IMG/VR virus record: IMGVR_UViG_3300027996_003878 | DNA: 64,000 nt | From: a virus | Taxonomy: Duplodnaviria > Caudoviricetes | Strand: one strand, 5' to 3' | Shown: positions 57,392-64,000 of the stretch, in pieces | Numbering within the stretch: position 1 is the first letter of the stretch | Layout of the letters: each line of letters begins with the position of its first letter | The notes under the pieces: generated by a model | What the model saw: the letters and a program-made list of their open reading frames with translations, nothing else | The model's database searches: none | Told to the model about the DNA's origin: nothing | Position numbers and translations under genes: made by a program

Positions 57392-58795
57392 TCAGCCTTT
57401 TCTTTTATCAATAACATTTCTAGTCAATCGACCAAACGCAGAGCTTTTCTTTGCAATTTTGTCTTTGACTTTTTGAGCCTGTGATACGGTCTTATCAGTT
57501 CCAGCATCAAGGTTTAATGCTAAATTACGAGTCAAATCTTTGTTTTTAATCGCCTCTAGATGGGTAGATACTTCTTTTTTAAGCTCAGTAACTCTTGAGT
57601 CCGGCAAGCTAAGCCCGCTAAAAAATGAATAGACCTTAATTACATCTTCTTCAATTGTATCATCTACATATATGCCTCTGAAGACGCCAAGAGGAGTTTG
57701 AGCTACGTCTTGAACCATTGCCATAGCATAGTTTATCGATGAGCTTGGTATTTTATCCCAAACCTTTTTATTAGCCAAAAACATTGCTCCAATGTATTTT
57801 GTTTGCTTTAGGTCAAAGCCACTGGCCAATAACCCTGACGTCATATTGCTAATGACTGCCTCAGCAATAGCTGTATCTTCTTCGTAATTATCAATTGTCA
57901 TCCAACCATAGAGACTTAACCCTCCACCATCAGTGACAATCTTTGCCCACTCCATGGGATCCAAGGATTTGACATTTGAAGGCTCTGAGGAAAAGGTGTT
58001 AAATACATCTATAGGCTCAACAATGGCCTTATTGCTAACCCGATAAAACTCCATGGGACTAACATCACTAAAGATGGTTTCGATCTTGGCGTTGTCCACA
58101 ACAATTAAGTTGTTTATTCTCGACGTCTGAACCTCTTTTGCCAGCTTAGAAAGCGCCTCTAAAGAGTTTTTCTTCGTCTGAGGATCCTCATTAGTCATTG
58201 GCAAAACCGTAACAACCAATACCGGCCTTCCTGTCGCTGACAGAATGTCAATCATAGTCTCTACAGACCCACTACCGCTGCCGCCACCTAGAGATGTACA
58301 AAGAATAAAGACCTGACAATCTCCAAGCTTATCATTAACAAGCTCATTTATCTTGTCCTTGTGTGTTTCGGCAGCCTCAAAGCCAAGCTGAGGGTCCTTT
58401 GATGCCCCTCCAAGGCCATACTCAAGCAAACATTTGTTTGACTCAGGTAGATTGATGTGAGTTAAATCTTGCTGCGCTGTATTAAATACAATTGCTTCAT
58501 AGCCAAGATCATAAAAACACTCGGCTAGACGTGAGCCTGCCTGCCCAGAGCCAACAATTCCGAAATCAATACTTCTTGTGCGTCTTTCAACAATCCGAGG
58601 GGGCATATCTTCATCCTTTTGCACGGCCTCTTCGCCACTCTTTTGCTGCTTAGCTTCCATCTGCTTTTTTAAAGCTTGAAGCTTTGCCGCGTCTAATTCA
58701 AGCTCATCTTCAGAAACCATAACTACGGCCTCTTGTGAGATGTCATCGACAATATCATTTTGTGTGGCTTGCCCATTTTCAGTTTTAACAGTCAT
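57392..58795 (-). CDS. Tubulin/FtsZ-family GTPase (phage PhuZ/TubZ-like)
   Basis: GSGQAGSR, NTA, GLGGASKDP..G, tubulin signature LGGGSGSG, VVDN, T7-like LDPMEW; long N-terminal and basic C-terminal extensions. Confidence 0.88.
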   Translation of the reverse strand: MTVKTENGQATQNDIVDDISQEAVVMVSEDELELDAAKLQALKKQMEAKQQKSGEEAVQKDEDMPPRIVERRTRSIDFGIVGSGQAGSRLAECFYDLGYEAIVFNTAQQDLTHINLPESNKCLLEYGLGGASKDPQLGFEAAETHKDKINELVNDKLGDCQVFILCTSLGGGSGSGSVETMIDILSATGRPVLVVTVLPMTNEDPQTKKNSLEALSKLAKEVQTSRINNLIVVDNAKIETIFSDVSPMEFYRVSNKAIVEPIDVFNTFSSEPSNVKSLDPMEWAKIVTDGGGLSLYGWMTIDNYEEDTAIAEAVISNMTSGLLASGFDLKQTKYIGAMFLANKKVWDKIPSSSINYAMAMVQDVAQTPLGVFRGIYVDDTIEEDVIKVYSFFSGLSLPDSRVTELKKEVSTHLEAIKNKDLTRNLALNLDAGTDKTVSQAQKVKDKIAKKSSAFGRLTRNVIDKRKG

Positions 58796-59745
58796 TCATT
58801 TCCTCTTATATACCATTTATTTTTAAGGTACCAATTAATAGAAAAAGCTATAGTTTCTTTATATTTCGCAGATGGTTTCCAGCCAATACTTTTAAGTTTA
58901 TCACTATTAATTGCGTATCGAGATGCTAAATTATTATCACCTATTATTTCCACCAAATCGTATCCCTGATCAACGCAGGTGCAGATTTCATGAAACATTT
59001 CAATATCAGAAAACTCATAACCAGCAGAAACATTAAAGGTTTCATTTTGATTGGCATTCATCATAATTTGGGTTAGTGCGTTGCATAGATCTCCAACGTA
59101 CAGCCACTCTCTTTGAGTCAAGCCATTATCATATATCTTGGTCTTTTTTTTCTCTAGAATATTCTTCAAAACTCCAGGGATAAAGCTATCGGGGAATTGC
59201 CTTGGCCCAAATAAATCACAAGATCTTAAAATATTGTAATTTAGACCAAATTCAGAACATGCAGCCCTAATAAGAACCTCTGCCGCCACCTTACTTGCAG
59301 CAAAAGAATTAATAGGACTTAATTCTGATGCTTCATCGTGACTTTCTCGACACTTATTTCCATAAACCTCATAGTTGCTTAAATAAAAAATACGCTTTAC
59401 CTCTGCCTTCACGCAAGCATTAATAACATTCGACGTGCCAATTATATTAGTGTCTTGAAATGAATTAAACTGACAATTTTTACCATACGCAGGACGCTCT
59501 TCAGCGGCATGAATTACATAATCAGGTTTTTCTAAAGAAAAAACAACATCCAAAAAATGATTATCTAATATATTTCCAATATAAAATGTATGCCCTTTGT
59601 TTGCATAAACATTATGCAGCCCGAAATGTTTTTTCACTTTATCTAAGCTTACAAATACATAATCTAATTTATTATGTAAAGATTTGCGAATAAAGTTACT
59701 CATAACAAAGCCGCATGAGCCAGTAATAAGCACTTTTTTAGTCAT
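58792..59745 (-). CDS. dTDP-glucose 4,6-dehydratase-like SDR with degenerate active site
   Basis: ITGSCGF, TNIIGT, EVYG, FGPRQ, REWLYV; YxxxK reads FAASK. Confidence 0.8.
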   Translation of the reverse strand: MTKKVLITGSCGFVMSNFIRKSLHNKLDYVFVSLDKVKKHFGLHNVYANKGHTFYIGNILDNHFLDVVFSLEKPDYVIHAAEERPAYGKNCQFNSFQDTNIIGTSNVINACVKAEVKRIFYLSNYEVYGNKCRESHDEASELSPINSFAASKVAAEVLIRAACSEFGLNYNILRSCDLFGPRQFPDSFIPGVLKNILEKKKTKIYDNGLTQREWLYVGDLCNALTQIMMNANQNETFNVSAGYEFSDIEMFHEICTCVDQGYDLVEIIGDNNLASRYAINSDKLKSIGWKPSAKYKETIAFSINWYLKNKWYIRGNE

Positions 59746-59760
59746 ATTAATTAAATTAAA

Positions 59761-60693
59761 TTATAAATTATCTTGATACCACGTAATTGTTTTTACCAAG
59801 CCAGTCAAAAGGTTTGTATCAGCTTCAAAATTTAACATTTCTTTTGCACGAGAAACATCAAGCCTTCGTTTAGGCTGACCGTCCGAAACTTCTCCTGTAA
59901 ATAAAACCTCACCATCAAATCCGACTAATTTAGCTATTAAGTGCGCAAGCTCTTTAATTGATATTTCTTTTCCTGTACCTAAATTTATTGGTAATTCAGT
60001 ATCTAGGCTTTGATATACAGCAGATACAATTGCCTTAGCCGCATCTTCCGCATAAAAGAACTCTCTCGTCGCAAGTCCGGTCCCCCAACACCTTACGGTG
60101 GACAATCCCTTATCGACAGCATTAACAAATTTATTTATTAATGCAGGAATAACGTGACTATTAACAAGATCAAAATGATCATGCGGGCCAAATAAATTAA
60201 CAGGAATTAAATGAGCGCCAGCAATGCCGTATTGCTCTCTGTAAGTATTGCCAAGCATCATCAGCGTTCTTTTAGCCTGACCATATGGCGCATTTGTGCT
60301 CTCAGGGTACCCATTAAATATATCGTCTTCTTTAAATGGAGTAGGACAATTTAAAGGATAAGAACATACGCTACCAAGCGTGTACACTCTTTTTACGTTA
60401 AACCTTCGAGCAGATTCAAATATATTAATACCCATTAGGGTATTATCTCTTAAAAAGTCTACTGGGCGATTTTTATTTGCCAATATACCACCACATACCG
60501 CAGCCATATGAACGACTACGTCAGGGCATGTTATGTTAAACAAATGATCGCATTCAACACCAGAAACTAAATCAAATTTCGAACCAACACAAGTAATCGT
60601 GTCATTTAATTCTTTATCTTGTATGTGCTTATCAAAGGCAGCTTCAACGTGTTTTCCTAAAAACCCCGTACCTCCTGTAATTAAAATATTCAC
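59761..60693 (-). CDS. fcl: GDP-L-fucose synthase
   Basis: AAVCGGILAN, GSVCSYP, YGQAK, NLFGPHDHFD, WGTG..TREF, DGQPKR. Confidence 0.93.
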   Translation of the reverse strand: MNILITGGTGFLGKHVEAAFDKHIQDKELNDTITCVGSKFDLVSGVECDHLFNITCPDVVVHMAAVCGGILANKNRPVDFLRDNTLMGINIFESARRFNVKRVYTLGSVCSYPLNCPTPFKEDDIFNGYPESTNAPYGQAKRTLMMLGNTYREQYGIAGAHLIPVNLFGPHDHFDLVNSHVIPALINKFVNAVDKGLSTVRCWGTGLATREFFYAEDAAKAIVSAVYQSLDTELPINLGTGKEISIKELAHLIAKLVGFDGEVLFTGEVSDGQPKRRLDVSRAKEMLNFEADTNLLTGLVKTITWYQDNL

Positions 60694-60712
60694 CGTTGCT
60701 TCCTTTAAATAA

Positions 60713-61699
60713 TTATAAGTTATCTGCTAGTATTTTTTCTTTTTTAGCTAAATTCAAATCAGCTTCAATCATTTCGTCAACTAATTGAGCGAATGAGTAC
60801 TCTGGACTCCACCCAAGTTCAGCTTTTATTTTAGTCGGATCTCCTTGCAAAGCATCAACCTCTGCTGGTCTTAAATACTTAGCATCAAATTTTACATAAT
60901 CTTTCCAATCTAATTCTAACTTAGAAAAGACCAATTCAAGAAACTCTTTGACAGAGTGCATTCCTCCTGTCGCAACAACATAGTCCTTTGGCTCAGAGGC
61001 TGTTAAGATCATGTAGAGCGCCTTAGCAGTATCCTTAGCGTGCCCCCAGTCGCGCTTAGCATCCAAATTGCCAAGCCTCAATTCATCCTGGAGCCCTAGC
61101 TTTATTCTGGTGGCTGCCCTTGTTATCTTTCTTGTTACAAAATTCTCAGCTCGGCGGGGGCTCTCGTGATTGAACGAAATTGCGTTAACCGCAAACATAC
61201 CATATGACTCACGATAATTAATCGTAGACCAATACGCCGCTAACTTGGCACACGCATAAGGGCTTCTTGGGTGGAAGGTTGTATCTTCATTTTGAGGAGG
61301 GGGCGTAGACCCATAAAGCTCGGAAGTGCTGCATTGCAAGAACCTAGTCTCAGGGCTATACTTTCTAACAGCCTCTAGGCACCTGACCACACCCGTGCCA
61401 GTGACGTCCATTGCGTATTCTGGAACATCAAAGCTAACTCTTACATGAGATAAAGCGCCACAATTGAAAAACAAATCTGGCTTTGTATCAGATATAATAT
61501 TAACCAAAGAAGAGTAATCTGTAAGATCGCCATATACCAGATTAAGATTAGGGTGATTATAAATATGGTCAATTCTCTGTGTGTTAAAATTACTACTGCT
61601 TCTCTTTACACCATGAACCTCGTAGCCCTCCTTCAGCAGAAGCTCAGCCAAATAAGAACCCGTTTGACCTGTAATCCCTGTCAAGCATGCTTTTTTCAT
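60713..61699 (-). CDS. gmd: GDP-mannose 4,6-dehydratase
   Basis: TGITGQTGSYL, SHVRVSF, PRSPYACAK, FNHESPRR, FVTRKI, RDWGHA. Confidence 0.96.
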   Translation of the reverse strand: MKKACLTGITGQTGSYLAELLLKEGYEVHGVKRSSSNFNTQRIDHIYNHPNLNLVYGDLTDYSSLVNIISDTKPDLFFNCGALSHVRVSFDVPEYAMDVTGTGVVRCLEAVRKYSPETRFLQCSTSELYGSTPPPQNEDTTFHPRSPYACAKLAAYWSTINYRESYGMFAVNAISFNHESPRRAENFVTRKITRAATRIKLGLQDELRLGNLDAKRDWGHAKDTAKALYMILTASEPKDYVVATGGMHSVKEFLELVFSKLELDWKDYVKFDAKYLRPAEVDALQGDPTKIKAELGWSPEYSFAQLVDEMIEADLNLAKKEKILADNL

Positions 61700-61711
61700 A
61701 AAACCCTCAAA

Positions 61712-62632
61712 TCAAAAATAATAACTAACTACGCGCCTCAAGCCCTCTTCGAAATCAACCTTTTTCTTCCAGCCCAAAAGCTCAAGATTGCGGCTATACA
61801 ATCTTGTTCTATTAAGCTCACGAGGCACTGCTGGCTTATAAATGATTGAACTTACAGAATCCGTAACTTTCAATAATGAATTCGCTATTTCATTAACACT
61901 TACTTCTTCATTTGAAGATACATTATACACCCCTCGACCTTTTTCTATTAACAATTCAAAAGCATCAATCACATCAGAAATATAAACAAAGTCTCGGGTC
62001 TGATTTCCGGTTCCAAAAATAAATAGATCTTTATCATTAAGAATGTTATCTATAAATATAGAAATAACACCTGCCTCTCCTTTAGGAGACTGACGCTCCC
62101 CAAAAATATTAGCTGGCCTTAAAATACTATAATCTAGATTATGCAATTCTGAATATAATTCAATGTACCTCTCCGAGGTCAGCTTTGACAATCCATAAGG
62201 GGAGCGCGGATTCGTCGCTGACTTTTCTATCCAAGGAAGCATCTCGTAAGGGCAATAAATCGCCCCACCGGTTGACGTGTAAATTAGCTTTTTTATGTCA
62301 TATTTAACACAACATTTTAAAACATTTAAAGTGCCTATTATATTTTCATTTGCATCATTAATTGGATTTTTTATAGAGTCTCTAAGATTTATCTGCGCTG
62401 CCAAGTGAAATACATAATAAAATTTATTTTTTTTAAAGACTGAATCTAATTTATTTATTTTTTTAATGTCACAAAGCTCAAAAGATGCATCTGGATGAAT
62501 GTTTTCCCTAAATCCTGTTGATAGGTTATCTATGACAGTTACTCGATAACCAAGATCTATTAATCTATCAACAAGATGACTGCCGACAAAGCCCGCACCC
62601 CCTAAAACCGCAACTTCAAAACCCTTACCCAT
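61712..62632 (-). CDS. UDP-glucose 4-epimerase-family SDR
   Basis: GGAGFVGSH, HLAAQ, STGGAIY, SPYGLSK, GNQTRDF. Confidence 0.9.
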   Translation of the reverse strand: MGKGFEVAVLGGAGFVGSHLVDRLIDLGYRVTVIDNLSTGFRENIHPDASFELCDIKKINKLDSVFKKNKFYYVFHLAAQINLRDSIKNPINDANENIIGTLNVLKCCVKYDIKKLIYTSTGGAIYCPYEMLPWIEKSATNPRSPYGLSKLTSERYIELYSELHNLDYSILRPANIFGERQSPKGEAGVISIFIDNILNDKDLFIFGTGNQTRDFVYISDVIDAFELLIEKGRGVYNVSSNEEVSVNEIANSLLKVTDSVSSIIYKPAVPRELNRTRLYSRNLELLGWKKKVDFEEGLRRVVSYYF

Positions 62633-62657
62633 ATATAAAAATTAATTATTGAAATAA

Positions 62658-63353
62658 TTATCTAAAAAACATAGTCAAATCGCTGGATATTAACTCGTCA
62701 TATATTTTTTTCGTATATTTATTTTTAAATTGCTGCCTTTTAATATTATAATCAGAATCTGTTAGTTTTTTACTAAAATATCTTTTATCAATTTCCATAT
62801 TTATAACGTCATCTTTTTTCACCATACTTAAGCAATTATTTAATCGTGGCATGTCAAACGAATTATCATTTGAAAAATAATTTATTAACTTGCGGAACCC
62901 CATACTCGTGGCTCCCTTTTTAAGATCTTCATATTTTACACATAAAAATTGACTATCTTTAATTTTTAAATATTTTTCATAATGATTTTTTAATAAGTTT
63001 ATTTGGGTATCAACTAAATTATCAGTTATTTCCTCAACTTCACAGCTTAATAGGGAATAAATAACATCATCAGGATTTCGATATAAATATACAATATCAC
63101 TATGGCTAACAACAAGATCAGAGTGTATGTCATGATCGTGAAACCACATAAACCCACTCTTTCTTTGACTGTCTTTTAAATAACTAACCGGGCCAACTCT
63201 TAATCTAGGCCTATTAAAGTAAAGCTCTAATACACAATTTAACCAATTACTTCCGCTCCTCGGGTAACTTATAAGCAAAGGAACGCTTTCCATTCTTTCA
63301 TCATAAGATCTTCCGTTTGTCTTAAACATTTCTTTATAATCCACTTTAGTCAT
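62658..63353 (-). CDS. Sulfotransferase-domain protein
   Basis: 5'-PSB motif ISYPRSGSNWL, 3'-PB motif YLYRNPDD, VKYEDL. Confidence 0.8.
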   Translation of the reverse strand: MTKVDYKEMFKTNGRSYDERMESVPLLISYPRSGSNWLNCVLELYFNRPRLRVGPVSYLKDSQRKSGFMWFHDHDIHSDLVVSHSDIVYLYRNPDDVIYSLLSCEVEEITDNLVDTQINLLKNHYEKYLKIKDSQFLCVKYEDLKKGATSMGFRKLINYFSNDNSFDMPRLNNCLSMVKKDDVINMEIDKRYFSKKLTDSDYNIKRQQFKNKYTKKIYDELISSDLTMFFR

Positions 63354-63361
63354 TTTTATAT

Positions 63362-64000
63362 TTAAAAATCTATATCAAAAGGCCAAATCTCTAAACCATG
63401 AATACTCATACACAAATCATTTGATATGAAAACATTTTTAATATTACTATTTGCCCGCTTCATATCATATAGCGATATCATGCCCGGAGTAGAGCCTCCA
63501 ATAATCCAATCGCCTTTAAGTGCTAGCCCCCTACCAAACGGCTGACGTGAAATATTTTGCGTTAAATGAGTGTTTGTCATATCTTTGGCAGGAATACGCT
63601 TAATACTATAACGCTTTTTAATACTGCCATTTTTTTTATCTGTAATTAAAATCTGATTATTCTTAGTATCATTCATAATAAGAGAATTCTCATTTAAAAA
63701 TCTAGTATTATGTGTACCTTTCGGTATTTGCGAAAAACTAATAATCTTTTGTTTGTCTATTTTAAACAAACGCGGCTGATTTGTTCCCGAAAAGAATATA
63801 CCAGAATCATTAACAAATACATTATTTATATGATGGCGATCACCCGTCGGTATATCAACGCTTTGTAGAGGGTTAAACTCTTTAATTGACTTCAGCCCCC
63901 TTACGGAATAACCTTTTATAAATTTACGAGACAATAAATCAAAACATAAAATTACATCTCTGCCTGTGGAAGATAAATACAATTTATCTTTATGAATATA
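63362..64000 (-). CDS. Partial beta-propeller-like protein (5' end outside the window)
   Basis: Frame is open to the window edge (YIHKDKLYLSSTG); HHINNV, THN and FGRGLA motifs. Confidence 0.55.
   Translation of the reverse strand, partial: YIHKDKLYLSSTGRDVILCFDLLSRKFIKGYSVRGLKSIKEFNPLQSVDIPTGDRHHINNVFVNDSGIFFSGTNQPRLFKIDKQKIISFSQIPKGTHNTRFLNENSLIMNDTKNNQILITDKKNGSIKKRYSIKRIPAKDMTNTHLTQNISRQPFGRGLALKGDWIIGGSTPGMISLYDMKRANSNIKNVFISNDLCMSIHGLEIWPFDIDF

Noticed and set aside
57217-57417. Small ORF after the tubulin as a TubR-like adaptor
   Set aside because: It is low-complexity K/N-rich sequence overlapping the tubulin stop, with no HTH pattern; coding status is doubtful.

Overview
The window is AT-rich, gene-dense and uses the standard code. 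It looks like part of a jumbo bacteriophage genome, which is an inference: there are no ribosomal or core cell genes, most ORFs are hypothetical, and it carries virion-fibre genes, several peptidoglycan hydrolases, its own sigma factor, a DnaB/DnaC-like pair and a tubulin. Myxobacterial-type lipoproteins (vWA, Cys-rich, FGE-sulfatase-like) hint at a Myxococcota host. Genes lie mostly on + up to about 33 kb and mostly on - afterwards. Recognisable content: several ADP-ribosyltransferase (ART)-like proteins, a macrodomain, aceA and aceB (complete glyoxylate shunt), IscA, Hsp20, GuaB/GuaC, thyA, folA, a Dps-like protein, MetAP, class II RNR with an intein, tRNA-Gly(GCC) and a gmd/fcl/epimerase/sulfotransferase cluster. 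Four signals stand out. (1) A recurrent I-x-x-L-A-x-x-F-x-x-(K/L)-x-A peptide occurs on about 10 otherwise unrelated proteins, including the ART-like ones, and may be a capsid-targeting signal for injected effectors. (2) The RNR intein ends in Arg-Arg instead of His-Asn. (3) The genome encodes a complete glyoxylate shunt. (4) A tRNA-shaped but non-tRNA structured RNA candidate lies at 11.5-11.7 kb. All calls come from reading motifs by eye; no database searches were run.
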